Shown: positions 25,467-38,104 of the stretch, piece after piece
Position numbering within the stretch: position 1 is the first letter of the stretch
Layout of the letters: each line of letters begins with the position of its first letter
From: Blepharisma stoltei ATCC 30299
Taxonomy: Eukaryota > Protista > Ciliophora
Length of the DNA: 64,000 nucleotides
Assembly (NCBI GenBank): GCA_965603825.1
Contig: CBFDEM010000046.1
Coordinates: 310,001-374,000, forward strand
Direction: 5' to 3'
Notes under the pieces: model-generated
Databases searched by the model: none
Told to the model about the DNA's origin: nothing
Seen by the model: the letters and a program-made list of their open reading frames with translations, nothing else
Position numbers and translations under genes: made by a program

Positions 25467-26714
25467 ATGGGTTTAATTGAAGGGTGATTTCTATTTAGAA
25501 GTGAGAAAAAACATGATGTTAAAATTGACAATGTAGTTTGCAAGCTTGTAAAGTTAACATAGGACTCAGTCAAAGCCTCTCAGCCAATCCAAAAATTGGC
25601 TTCTCTAGAATATCTTAGAGCTCTAAAAGAGCACTCATCTTATCATGAAAAACAATCCAAAAGCTTATCAGACAGCGTAGAATATGCTATTGATAAAGCA
25701 GTTCGGGAAAGAATGCAGCAAGGTCTCTTTGGATATGATCATTCTCAATTGATAGTGGTTGAAATGGAGTTACAGAAGAATCTATTAAAAGAAAAGGGCC
25801 CCAAAAGTCCTGAAGCAGCTGAAGCATTAGTCAATAGAATGCTACTAGAAAAATTAGAAGCTTCTGAAAAGCAGAACCCAGGCAGAAAACTAGATTATGA
25901 AAATTGAAAACGGAAAAAAGACGCTGAGGGCCGTCTGAAGAAAAAACTTACATCTGAAGTACTAGGAATTGAAAAAGAGCAAGAAATCATAGAAATCAAT
26001 GAAAAAATGACCCATGAAGCTGAAAGCTCGAAGAAAGTCAAAGAATGGGCAAGAGCAAAAAGAAAAGAAGAAAGACAAAAAAGAAGAGAAAAATTGATAC
26101 AAGAAAAAATAGTTGAAGAAAGCAAAAATAAAAAAAGAGAAGAGGCAAATGCTCATTATCGAGAGTGATTAAGGGATAGCCTTATGAAGCTTAAAGAACA
26201 AAAGAAAAGAGAAAGAGCAGAAAGGAAAACAAAGGCAGCACTTGAAAGAGAAATTGAGAGACAAAAAGAGGAAAATAAAATCAAAGCAGAACTTGCTTAT
26301 CAAGAGTGGCTTATAAATAAGCTTAGTAAAACAGAACCGAACACTCCTGAAATATACCCTGAGCCGAAAATAAAGAAGCCAACTATGCTAGCATATTCCC
26401 CAAATAAACAGAAAATCCCAGTAATCCAAAACAGTTATGATGAGTATAGCGAAAGCATCACTGAGAATATTGAGTATTCTGATTATTCTGATGAAGAGGA
26501 AGAAGAAAGTATTCCTATAGTCTCATCTCAAAAGCCTCCAAGACATAATGCGAATCCTCTGCAAATGCAAATGAATCAGCATCGAGTTGATGACAATCAT
26601 ACGTTTGAAGATCTTTCTTCAATTAGAAGATCCCCACATGTAATAGATGCATATCAGAATGAGCAAGAAGTCAGCGAGTCTAGTTTTGAAGGAAGCAGTT
26701 ATGAGGAGAATTAA
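25467..26714 (+). CDS. coiled-coil protein with repeated Y/FxxWLxxK-type motifs (CCDC34/CCDC181-like)
   Basis: YEN[W]KRKK, KEWARAK, YRE[W]LRD, AYQEWLINK; introns 25484-25498 (probable) and 25548-25562. Confidence 0.65.
25484..25498 (+). other. probable 15-nt intron
   Basis: GTGATTTCTATTTAG, A at position 10, in frame. Confidence 0.55.
25548..25562 (+). other. 15-nt intron
   Basis: GTAAAGTTAACATAG removes an in-frame TAG. Confidence 0.8.
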
Positions 26715-26795
26715 ATGAATATATCATAAATTAATTATAAAGTTCTTAATAAAAATCTTTATGCATTTTTATTCTTAATTTAAACATTATTTAAA

Positions 26796-28142
26796 TTACA
26801 GTATACTGTAAAACACTTTCAAGTTCGATTGAGCCCCAATCGAAAAAATAATATGCCCAATCTTTTGCCCTGTCTTATTTTTAAATCTTTTTTTAACTGC
26901 TTTTACAACCTTCTCTGGTGCAAAGCAGGTAAATTCAGATTTTTTGGCCCCTCTAACGTCCACACATTCATATTCGCCATTCTTCCCAGGACTTCTGCTT
27001 TCAAAAACCCTCAATGAATTCCAAATATAAAACAGCCCATCCTCTGAACCGCAAATCACGAATTTCTTATCAAATGATAAATCAGCTCTGATTGGGCATT
27101 TCAAGTTTATATTTCCTTTGTATTTCTGCACCATTAGCTCTTCTTTAAACTTAAATAGCCGAATCCTGGAATCGTTAGTAGTGATTAATAAATAATCTTC
27201 ATCCATGAATTGCAAAGAAGTAACTTTTCTGCCAAAACTTCTCAATCCGAATCGGTTTTTGCACTTAAGTTTATATTTAAGCCTCAATCTGCAGCCAGTT
27301 TTGGATTTATAGATAAGAACCTCCCCTTTTTCAAGTCCAGCAGCTAAAAAAGCTGCGTTAGGGGAATAGCATAAAACTGTTACTTTGTGAGAGGTTTGGT
27401 ACAGCCCTTCATTTGTGAGTTCTGGATATTTTATAACCCTTATTAGACGATCATCGCTAGCCGTAACAAAATGATCTTGATAAATTGGGTGAAAGCACAC
27501 TGAGTAAACCCTTTTAAAATTTTCCAATGTAAATAATGAGCGCTCTTGGTTTTTCGTTCATATCTTAACTGTGCCATCCAGTGAAGAACTAATAAGAAAG
27601 CCTTGAGCATTTCAACTGATATCTGTGATTGCTTTAGTGTGTTCTGCCATTATAATCCTTGGAATATTTGATATCAACTGTGAGGAATTTGAATTGGGAG
27701 GGATAATATCATAAATAGAGATAATTCCAGTTTCTGCTGCAATTGCTAGATATTTACAGCAAGGCGAGAATTTAATTATCCAAATTTTACTTTTAATCCC
27801 TTGAACAAGCTCGATTTCTTGAGTTAAACGGACATTTGCGAAATTCTGTGCATTTGGAGGCTTTGTGCTTTTTTTGTGAACTAACTGAGGAGGAAGTAAC
27901 TCTGTTGTTTTTTTCTTGTAAGAATTATGGCTATTTGACCTATTGCTAGAGAAAATAGTAGATTGTGAGTCCATTCTTGCAGATAGCTCAAATGAATTAG
28001 TAGCATTTGAATCTTTTCGTAGCTGCTTTGTAGCGATGAACATTGATGCTGATTCTGATGGGCCAATTAAATCACTGAAACTTTCATATGCATCATAGTA
28101 CTTTGATTTCCTATTGGGTTTGTGCTTGGAAGAGATATTCAT
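26796..28142 (-). CDS. WD40-repeat protein, WDR44-like
   Basis: IWIIKFSPCCKYLA, HTKAITDIS[W], SSSLDGTVKI[W], CFHP, LITTNDSRIRL, VICGSEDG..YIW. Confidence 0.85.
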
Positions 28143-29437
28143 ATTATTTCTGTTTGAAACAAATATGATTATTTATAAACGATAATATCAAAACTGAAAC
28201 AGCCGAAATTACTAATATGTCTATCTTTATTTAAAGAGTGTTTATGAAGAAGCAATAATGCTTAAAACATAATATAAGGATGCAAGACAGTGTCTGGTAA
28301 TTTGTAAAAAATAAATCAATATTAAATTTATTCTGCTGTTTCAAAACTGAGAAATCTATATTTTTAATTAGATATTTTATATTTATAGCACAGAAACTGA
28401 AAATGATAATGCTATTTAATTAATTTATTTTTTTACTTTACTAATTTGAACTTATAGATGCTTCATCCTTCTTTTGCATAATTTAAGACATCTCTTGGCT
28501 AAAAAAATGTAGAGGTTAATAAATTCATTAAAATCAGAGGGATTTTCAATCATTTCTTGAATTCACAAATAATAAAGACGTGCCACATCTTGACTGAAGT
28601 AGCCTATATAGAGAGAACAGAAAGTACTGAAATTTTGTATTAAATTTACTCAATATGTCCATTAAGAAATTAATAAATTAGCTTATAGAAAAGTTTTCAA
28701 TTTAGAAATATGGTAAATTAAAAGCAATTAACTTGAAATATTTTTATTTAGCATGAAATTTTCTTGGAATTTAGGATCTTATTAAACATGTTATTATAGC
28801 TATCGTCTATCAAATGCAATTTATTCATTGATGTTTCATTCAAATCCTCTATAAAGTCTTCTGAAAAACTAAATGCACTGTATTATATAGATTTTAAAAT
28901 TCTAATTATAAAAATCATAATAAAAAAATTCTTCACCGAAGAATAAAATGGGGCAATCTTGTTGAGAAATAAATACTTTTTTTAATATTATCTAAGTGGA
29001 TAAAAATATTAGCTATTCAAAGTATATTTCATCAAAATAAGCATTTAATCAAAACTAAGATTTCTTAATAATTCCTTCAAACATTATCATCTGTTTCCAG
29101 AATTTCCATATAAATAAATATGATAGTGTATAAAATACCTTGTATTTGCGGCAAAATCCGAATCAATCCTATTATAATAGAGGAATCAGGAATTAAAAAG
29201 CCCTAGCTATATTCCTATTTAGAAATCCCAAACCCAACATAACTGGTGCTGATTTTTCAGCTTGAATTTTTATATCAAATATCCAAAACCTAGTTTATTT
29301 TTCAATTAATATTTCTTTTAATTTGAGTCACTGAAATTTATCCTTTAAAATAAGCCTCTAAAAAGACTTATGTTAAATCTGATCCTTTATTTTAATCTCC
29401 AAATTTTCTTACAAAATGTCAATAGCTCATATAAAAT

Positions 29438-30424
29438 ATGGTGAGAAAATATTTTGTGGTCCTTGGACTTATCGCTGTAGCCCTTGCATCTCCATTTTCA
29501 GTATCTGGAATCAGTTCAGGTGGTTTTATGGCTGCTCAGATGCATGTTGCATTCTCTGCAGATTGCGTAGGTGCCGGAGTCATTGCAGGAGGTCCTTTCT
29601 ACTGCGCCCTTGGCTCAGAGGTAACTGCAACCACTGCTTGCATGTCATCCCCCTACCTTCTTAAGCCTTCTTCTTATGTACAATACGCCAACGAGCAGGC
29701 TGAAAAAGGAAACATCGATGCTTTAAGCAACTTGAGCTCAAACACCAATGGAATCTGGATTTTCTCCGGCCAAATGGATACAGTTGTCAACCAGAAGGTC
29801 GTAAAGGCCCTCCAAGCCTTCTACCAGAACTGGGTAAGTCCATCCAAAATTGCCACAGTTTATGATGTCTATGCCGAACATTCATGGGTGACTAATAACG
29901 CAGGAAACCCATGTTACTATCTTGGATCTCCTTACATCAACAACTGCAAGACCGACGCAGCTGGGCTCATTCTTAAGCAAATCTACGGAAATATTGCCGC
30001 CCCAACCACAGCGGTTTCTTCAAACCTCAAGAGCTTCGAGCAGTCCAACTTTGTTGACGTCAGCTCTGCAGTGATGCTAAACGAAGGGTATGTCTACGTA
30101 CCAACTTCTTGCCAGTCCAACCCTACAAGCTGTAAAGTCCATCTTGCAATTCACGGCTGCCAGCAGAACTATAATACAATTGGAAATAAATTCCTGGTCG
30201 AATCAAACCTCAACGGGTATGCTGAGGCCAACGGGATCATCGTGATTTACCCACAAGTAGACAGCAACATGATTAAGAACCCTGAAGGCTGCTGGGATTG
30301 GTGGGGATATGCAGGATCTGACTATGCACTCAAATCAGGCGTCCAGATGGCCGCTCTTTATAAAATGACCCAAAACGTTCAACAACTGATTAGCAGTGCT
30401 CAATCAGTTGAGTGGGAGTTATAA
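29438..30424 (+). CDS. secreted poly(3-hydroxybutyrate) depolymerase-like esterase
   Basis: Signal peptide; SVSGISSGGFMAAQ lipase box, GVIAGGPFYCA, G..DTVV, AEHSW, GYVYVP..C.VH..HGC.Q, NP.GCWDWWGY. Confidence 0.85.
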   Translation: MVRKYFVVLGLIAVALASPFSVSGISSGGFMAAQMHVAFSADCVGAGVIAGGPFYCALGSEVTATTACMSSPYLLKPSSYVQYANEQAEKGNIDALSNLSSNTNGIWIFSGQMDTVVNQKVVKALQAFYQNWVSPSKIATVYDVYAEHSWVTNNAGNPCYYLGSPYINNCKTDAAGLILKQIYGNIAAPTTAVSSNLKSFEQSNFVDVSSAVMLNEGYVYVPTSCQSNPTSCKVHLAIHGCQQNYNTIGNKFLVESNLNGYAEANGIIVIYPQVDSNMIKNPEGCWDWWGYAGSDYALKSGVQMAALYKMTQNVQQLISSAQSVEWEL

Positions 30425-30593
30425 ATTTTAACGACTTTCTACGTAATCTGCCTTAATTCATCATAAATATTTTTCGTGTTTTATAATTCACAAGTTTTCT
30501 TTGAAAGGGCTTTAATCTAAATTTACTTTGAATAAATTTAATCATTTAAAGAGCTCAAAAATAAGTTAATTTAATATAATGACATAATAAAAA

Positions 30594-32141
30594 ATGCATC
30601 AGCTGAGAGACCAAGTGAATATGGAAGTGAATCCAATTATTGTACGAAGCATTCTTCTCGCATTTATTATAGGAATTGCTTGCTTTGCCACTTTATATTT
30701 GACTTATCTGCTCCTCCTCGACTATCTTGAAGTTGTATTTCTCAGCATTTTCTTCAGCATCTCAATCAGGCCAATCAAAGACAACATCTTGATTTATTTT
30801 TTAAGGCATAAAACCGAAAAGCCTTACTTTTCAATGGTAAAAGAATCGCTTCTTTTCCATCTATTTTACCTTGTGAAATCTACAAAAAACATTTCAGCGA
30901 AATCTGTAACAAGTATAGGGCAGACAACTTTGATTGTATTCCTCTCTGCAGCCTATTTAATTGTTTTTAAGCTCAGATTCAAGCTATTTTGATCAATATC
31001 TATTATCATAGTTTTGCTGGATTTTACTTTGAGACTTTTATATGACATTTATAACATTATAAGACATAAAACCTGAATTGAAATCCCTTCAGGGTTATTT
31101 ATTACCTTTGTTACTATAGGCACGATTATAGGAGTTATAATGGTGCTTATTATATTGCATACATTGGCAATTGGCTACACCGTGCTAGAATTCAAGGACC
31201 AAGGTAAAGCGTTGATTGACCAGTTTTCAGCCACGCTAAGCTCAAAGCAAGCACAAGATTTAGTTGATAAAGTTTATGACGTTGCTAAACAAAGCAACTT
31301 AATTGAGCTGACCAAATTTGAATTTATTGATTTTTCCAATAAAGATTATCAAGCTTGCTCTGCATACATTGATGATCTGGACAGTATCCCATTCATTGGA
31401 AAACTCTTATCACCATATGTGAAAACCATAGACTTCTGGCTTGACTATGCGAATCTCTCCTCCTACCAAATTTTGAATTTCTATTACATTTATAGCGACT
31501 TGATCCATGAGTTTCTTTTGGATGCCACAGTTTTGACTGGGAATACTCTTTTTACCTCTGTTTCTTTGGTTACATCATCTATTACATCAACTCTTTCAAC
31601 CGTCATCTTATTTTTCACATTAGTAATCCTCCTTATGAATGACAAAAAAAGCTTACTTGAACGTATTTTTGCAGCTCTTCCTATGAATGCTTCAATGGAA
31701 TACCCTCTTATCACAAGCATAAATATGACTGTAATTGGTTTATTTAAATCTTTATGGTTATGCGCAGCGCAGCATTATGCTATCACATGAATCCTTTATG
31801 ATTTTCTTGACATCGAAATGAAGTACACAGTTTCTGCCATCACAGCCTTCGTAGCACTGTTTCCAGTTCTATATTCCTGGTATTTCAATATCCCAACAAT
31901 AATTTGGCTCTGCTTTAATATGAATTTTGGCAAAGCCATCGCTGTATTTGTGGTTGAATTTTCGCTTGACATACTAGATGCTCACATATATGCAGAAAAC
32001 ATGAAAGGAGCTAATCCTAATATCGTGGCTTTGGCCATGTTTTTGGGGATTTATCAGTTTGGGCTGCTTGGGATTTTATACGGACCACTAATTGCTTCAG
32101 CAGTAATCATTATCTTGAACCATGGATCCATACCTAAATAA
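30594..32141 (+). CDS. TMEM245/AI-2E-family multi-pass membrane protein
   Basis: Continuous via three TGA=W; C-terminal NPNIVALAMFLGIYQFGLLGILYGPL motif. Confidence 0.75.
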
Positions 32142-32157
32142 TTAACATTATAGCTTA

Positions 32158-33483
32158 TTAGTCTAATTCTTCTATTTTCGATTTAGGCTTGGCATTTTGT
32201 GTTTCTTTTTTGGAAATCTCTTCTGACAAAGACTCACATACAATTTTATGTGTTTTCCATGCTGAGACCTGGCATTTTCTTGAGCAATACCATTGAGACT
32301 TGCATTTAGAGCATCTTTTGCTTGCAGGTGCAGAGCATACAGAACAAATGGGGTCATCAAGAATTTCCTCAATCCCTGCCATTAGGAGCTGCATGTCAGC
32401 TTTTCTTGTTTCATCATTCTCAATCAAAAAGTTACTTTTTTGATACTCAGCAATTTCTCGCCAATTTTTCCCAGCAGAAATTCGTTGGTATAATTCAGGA
32501 AGCTGCTGGATAACAAAAGCTGAAATCCCAGATTGTATTGTTGTGTCCCCAACTATGCTTAATTCTTCTAAAGCTCTGAGCAACTGGCTTAAAACAGGAA
32601 TTTGATCAATCACCACTTCATTAAGAAATTTCCTGATCCTTAAGATGTTGTTTTTTCGATACGAGGTGAGCTCATATTTGCTCCTTACATCTTGGTTCAT
32701 AAATAAGTTGTAAATAATCAGCCAAATTTGGGCTTCAACTTGAGGAATTTTTGCTTCATCCCTTAAAACTCTCCACTGTTGGTCTTCGAAAATCATTTTT
32801 CCTCCTTTTTTGTTTCTGATCCAAGGCTTCATTTCCATTAGTGGCACGAGGACACAAAAAATATCGCACTGTTCCACCAAGTGTTGGACTAATGCCAGTG
32901 TCATTCCTTCCATATGATCAGAAATGAACCTGATGATAGAAATGCTGCTGATTCCCATTGAGAATTCCAGCTCTTTCAGCTGATGTTCAAGCTCCTCAGC
33001 CCTTGACATTTCCCCTGTAAGTCTTTCTGCAGTTTCGTTTACCTGTGTAATTTTAATAAGTTTCCTATAAGCCCAATCCACAACATCAATTAAATAATCC
33101 CCTGCTTCTTCGCACGATGTCCTATGATACAGCAAAATTTCTAATAGATTTGCCACAACTCCTTCGTGATAAATCAGCATATAAGACCTCACACTGCTCA
33201 GGGCAAACATCTCTTGATGGCACAAAGGAAGAACATTTGCTTTCCAGACCTCACTTACTATTAAATCATATATAAGTGTCCTCATTTTCTCGTTCATAAC
33301 TACAGCTTCCTTCACATATTCGTCTTCTCTAGCCCTCGCATTTCTATGTGACTGCAGATTCAGCTTATAAATGACTTCGTGCTGCCTATTTCATTTAGGG
33401 CTGGCATACTCTCTGACGTCAATTTCTTCAAGGCCCCGCACATAATGCTCTACCTCAAAGCTTGTGAGAATGTCTGCTTCCAT
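32158..33483 (-). CDS. ZMYND10: ZMYND10 (BLU) axonemal dynein assembly factor
   Basis: SPK[W]NRQHE..KLNLQ, SEVWK..V.P, YHEGVVANLLE..LYH, EAQIWL..YNL, C-terminal MYND CSVC..CSKC..YCSRKCQ..WKTHK..C. Confidence 0.92.
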
Positions 33484-33510
33484 TTAACTACAATCATTTT
33501 AGCTTAAACA

Positions 33511-35118
33511 ATGTCTTTGAGAAATAGGGCAAAAAAAAGTTCTCAAAGCTATCTGCCGCTCTGTGTCTGCAATATCCCAAAGGCTAGTAAATGGCTAGAG
33601 GGACACTGTGGATCATGCTTGGGGCATTTGAACTCAATTTCTTCATCTACTCAGGCTACTTGCTCAAGAACTCCCTCTCCGAATTTTGCTTCAAATAGAC
33701 TTGCTCCGCGGTCGTTTGATATTTATGAAGGCCATGCATATAAAGGTCATATCAAGAGAACTGAAAGTGAATACTCAGCGTTCCATATCCACCCAAAAAT
33801 TAGCTCTCATAAACAGTCTTTAAGTAAAGGGAGTCAAATTGAAGCAAAAGCGCCTTATAAAGAAATTCTGGTTATGAGGCCAGAGCCCAGCTTATCAAGT
33901 TTAAAATCTGCAGAGAGCTTTAAAAGGATCAAAAGTCCTATTCACTTTCATAATGGATCTACACCAAATCCTAACTACTCACGAGAAACCACTGAAGATA
34001 TATATAGGAGTCAGAGATCTTTATCGATTTATGATGCCCCTGAAGAGTCTTATTCTCAGAAGTCGTCAAACTCTTATATTCGCTCGACGTCAAAAAGTTC
34101 TAAAAATAGAAAAGGCAAAGAAAAAATTTTTAAAATTTCAGGCAATTTTTCACCAATTCCTGAACTTCGAATTCAAAAGCCTATAAAATCTTATGCAGAG
34201 GAAAACTTCACTCCATCAAAAGCAATTTCAACGGAAAATATTTTTGAAGGACACTTAAATGGCGTTACAGCTCTATGCATTAATGATAATTCATTATGAA
34301 GCTCTAGTTGTGATTATTCTATACGCTCCTGGAACATAGTAGGAACAGTAGATGCGTATCGAGGATTTATGAGGAGCTCTTTAAGCAAAAAGCCTACCAA
34401 CTCCCGCCTGAAAGCACATTCCAGGCCTATATTGGACATCAAATGTGTTGATAAAGTTCTGATTTCAGGAGGCACAGACGGTAAAATAAAGATATGAAGC
34501 ATAAGCGAAAACATTGAGCCTGTCACTTGGGCTAAAGTTCATGAGGGATTTGTAAGGGCTCTTGACATCCCATCTCAGCGAACCCTTTTATCATGTGGGG
34601 ATTGCAGCATAAAAATTTGGGATTTGGAAACTCTGATATGTGCGAAGACATATGAGGAGCACACAAAGCCAGTTGAAAGCCTAGCTTTAATGTCATCATC
34701 GAAATTTCTCTCTTCAAGTCACGACTCCCTAATAAAACTATGGGATCTTCGGACTTCCAGAAGCGAAAAGTTGTTTGTAGGGCATTTAGACACGGTAAAT
34801 ACAGTTAAAATTTGGGATGAATATGCATTTCTATCAGGATCTGACGACGGCTCAATTAAGGTGACATATAAATAGAAATGAGACTTAAGGACTGGTGGAA
34901 TCCTCAGCAGTCTGAATTCTAAAGAAAGAGTTAAGGATGTAGAAAAAGCTGAAGGAAAAATCTTCAGTGCTGGTAAAAGCTTAAAGATGTGGGAAAATGC
35001 AACCTCCAGAAGTATAGATATCATTCAAGGTGGAATAAAATGCCTGAAATATCATGAAGCAAGCCGAATGCTTTACAGTGGAGGAGCAGACGGATCAATA
35101 GCTGTAACGACTATTTAG
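33511..35118 (+). CDS. WD40-repeat protein with disordered N-terminus
   Basis: GHLNGVTAL..D.SIRSW, GGTDGKIKI[W], SHDSLIKLWD, GHLDTVN..GSDDGSIK|K[W]D; intron 34861-34875; TAG 35116-35118. Confidence 0.85.
34861..34875 (+). other. 15-nt intron
   Basis: GTGACATATAAATAG removes an in-frame TAG and restores the IKKWD WD motif. Confidence 0.88.
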
Positions 35119-35175
35119 GCCATAAAAGTCTAGAGTTTTGCGCTTTTTGTAACTTTAGTTTAACTTAAGTTTTGA

Positions 35176-35934
35176 TTAATATTTTGATAAGGAATTTAAC
35201 TTGCTGCAAGTCTCTTCAAGCAAATTCAATAAGGTTTCTTCTGACTCTTCTCTTTCTCCTCGCTCTGCTTCAATTTCGTTCTTCATCCTTGAAACTAAAT
35301 CTTGCAGCATCACAAGCATAGCTTCTTCAGTTTCTTCTCTGGCTTTTCTTTCTTGGTCAATTAGCCCTTGGGCTCTTTCGGCTTCCTTATTGATGTCATT
35401 CATATATTGCTCGCCCACTTTTTCTCTTTCAATGACTTCATTTTTGAGCATGGATTCGATTGTAGGGATTCTTTCGTTGAAATATTGCTTAATTGAATCC
35501 AGCCCATCACTTCTCAACTTGGCTTCTCTTGAGACTTCAGCTTTTAGAGAATTCATCCTATCATCCATTAGCTTTTGCAGTTTTTGGTCTGCTTCTTTTT
35601 TTGAGGTGTCTGACTCCCCAAAATATCCTTTTAAGGCTTCTTCACGGTCTAACAGCTCATTTGTTCTTTGCTGGAAAAAGCTTTCTCTGGATTCTATTGT
35701 GTCGTTTAAAGCTTTTTGGAGAAAGGCGACTTGATCTTTACAGTTGGAAAATTTTTTAGCACTTTGTTCTTGAGCTTCTTCAAATTTTTGCTGTAGGATG
35801 TCGATTTTGGATTCCAGCTGATTGACTCTGGATCCACGCTCGTTCTCAATTGTGACTTGGATCCCTGCAAGGCGTTCCGATATTTGGTAGATTCTGTCTT
35901 GATGAGGGGACGAACGACTACTATATGAACTCAT
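35176..35934 (-). CDS. SF-assemblin/beta-giardin family striated-fibre protein
   Basis: About 250-aa coiled coil with periodic E..R repeats ending EREESEETLLNLLEETC.KL. Confidence 0.8.
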   Translation of the reverse strand: MSSYSSRSSPHQDRIYQISERLAGIQVTIENERGSRVNQLESKIDILQQKFEEAQEQSAKKFSNCKDQVAFLQKALNDTIESRESFFQQRTNELLDREEALKGYFGESDTSKKEADQKLQKLMDDRMNSLKAEVSREAKLRSDGLDSIKQYFNERIPTIESMLKNEVIEREKVGEQYMNDINKEAERAQGLIDQERKAREETEEAMLVMLQDLVSRMKNEIEAERGEREESEETLLNLLEETCSKLNSLSKY

Positions 35935-35958
35935 ATTAATTTATATTTACAAAAGAAA

Positions 35959-37050
35959 CTACTTATCTGCGAAAATGATAAGTGCTTGCTCTTCAGGTAC
36001 ATCAGAGGATTTTATATCAAAATTTTGATCATCAATCTTTAGCGTTTGGCTATCTCATACATTATCCTGGCCATTTGATTTTAGAATTTTTGCTTGAATT
36101 ACCATTGGACTTCGATTTCTGATAGCAGGGACCGTAAATTCAGCAATTTTCTCTTTATATGAGCTGCAGTTTTGAGGCTGCTCTTCAGATATTTTTTTCT
36201 TTCTTATTTCATCAACCAAATTTACTTGTTGGTCTTTTAGCTTAAGATCCACTTCAAATTGAGAAGGATGCTTTTCTTTTGGGTGGGGTTCAGGAGGGCA
36301 TGAAATAGGAGAAATACTCAGTTCTGGTTCACATTTCTTCAAATCTTTTAAACTTATATAGATTGTCGATACTTCTTTGATTTTGGGTTTCTGGGAACTT
36401 AAACTTCTTGCAGATGATGGAGTCATTTTTATTATTTTTGGTTTCTGAACAACCTTTTGCTCTATTTTTGTTTTATTTCGAGGGTGATCTAGGGTTGTGC
36501 ATCGAGGCTTGGCCTTGTAAGTGCCTTTACTTGTAGGTGCAAAACTTTTTGGTTCTTGATGTCGTCTGCTTTCTGACTTGTTTTGAAATTTTTTGATGCC
36601 ATCTCCGTGTGAGATTACAGTTTCTCCATTTCTCAAAGGAATTAGCACTCCAGTGCTTGGGGTATTCGGTGTATAAACAGAGCGCGGAGTATAGTATTGG
36701 GCTTGGCCTTCATCAAATATAAAGCCACTTTGATCGATCGAGGTTCTGTAGCTCTCGTTGCCAGTATCTCCTGCCATTTCTCCGGGACGGATCATTTCAA
36801 TGTGCAATTGATCCTCGTTTTGCTGGAAAACTCGAAGTGGATATCCTGGCGCTTGTTTAATAAGCCTATCAATGGTATCAGAAATATTTCCTGGGTTTGA
36901 ATATGAGCAACTTGATTCTTGCCTGCATGTATCTCCTGAAAAAGTTTTTAGCGGAGAGAATTCTGACATGGTGAGCTTGGTGCCACATTGGTGGCATGTA
37001 TACTGCGAAAGAACCTCTTTGAGCTTGTGTTCTAATGAATTTTCTGACAT
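35959..37050 (-). CDS. hypothetical protein (N-terminal CxxC, low complexity)
   Basis: Track ORF extends through TGA 36055-36057 to TAG 35959-35961. Confidence 0.65.
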
Positions 37051-37187
37051 GCTAGTTTAATATAGAGCAAAATATAGAGGAAATTAGTTTAAATGATTAT
37101 AATAGTGCCCATAAAGATTTTCATCCAAATAATTATGTATTAGTTAGCTCATAAAAATACCTGACCTATTAATTTAACTTATCTAAA

Positions 37188-37823
37188 ATGGGTGCTTGCT
37201 TTGGAAACTCAAATAAAGCAAAAGCTCCAGAAAATAGCAAGACAAGAATCTCTCAAGAAGACAAAGAAATAGCCCAGCTCAAATCAACCCGAGATAAAGT
37301 CAAGCATTTTCTCAAAAAGCTAGAAAGCAACATCCAGAGCTGTAAAGAAGCTGTCAAAACTTGCATTAAAAATAAAGACAAGCCCAGGGCCATGCTAGCA
37401 CTGAAAAAGCAAAAATATCTTGAGAAGAACTTGGAAAGTGGTCAAAATCAACTCATAAATTTGGAGCAGATTATTAATGATGTTGAGCAAGCACAAATTC
37501 AAAGAGATGTCGTCCAAGCAATGAAGCAGGGTACTGAATTTCTCAAGCAAATTAACGATCAGCTCACAATCAATGACGTTGAAAAGCTTATGGCTGACAC
37601 TGAAGATGCTATTGAGTACCAGCAAGAAATTGGAAGATTACTTGCTCAGCAAGGAATTCAGGAAAGCGACCAAGATTTAGAAAAGGAACTTGAAAAATTG
37701 GATGAAGTTGAAGCTCTAGAAGTGGAATCAGAAATCCCAGCACCACCCAAACACAAGAAGCATAAGAAGAAAAAGGTATTTGAGGAAGAGGAAAATGAAG
37801 AAAAAGTTGAAGTTTATGCTTAG
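37188..37823 (+). CDS. VPS20: ESCRT-III subunit Vps20/CHMP6
   Basis: Myristoylation-type MG start, I...DK.I.QLK..RD, A..ALKKQKY.E, Snf7 fold, acidic tail. Confidence 0.88.
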   Translation: MGACFGNSNKAKAPENSKTRISQEDKEIAQLKSTRDKVKHFLKKLESNIQSCKEAVKTCIKNKDKPRAMLALKKQKYLEKNLESGQNQLINLEQIINDVEQAQIQRDVVQAMKQGTEFLKQINDQLTINDVEKLMADTEDAIEYQQEIGRLLAQQGIQESDQDLEKELEKLDEVEALEVESEIPAPPKHKKHKKKKVFEEEENEEKVEVYA

Positions 37824-38104
37824 ATCATAGTAACTTGATAGTCTTGAAATATAAAGAGATTTATTTGAAATGATAAAAAATATAGATTGCTTTTAGTTTA
37901 TATTAAAAGAGTTTCTTATAAAGAATGTGAGGGAAAAGATTTTGAATGCTTTATTCAAATGCTAGATAGTCTTTAAGTATAACTGAGTTGATTAAACTCA
38001 CTCTGCGATTAAATTTTACTCGTTCATAAGAGGAATATGCTGCCCTATCAGTTGCTCTAGATGAAGAATATGAACTTTAAAACGGCATTAAATTGCATAA
38101 ATAA

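Noticed and set aside
35201-35734. Antisense ORFs in the track (e.g. 35201-35734, 9834-10067, 24595-24900, 61249-61602)
   Set aside because: Shadows of real genes on the opposite strand; no motifs.
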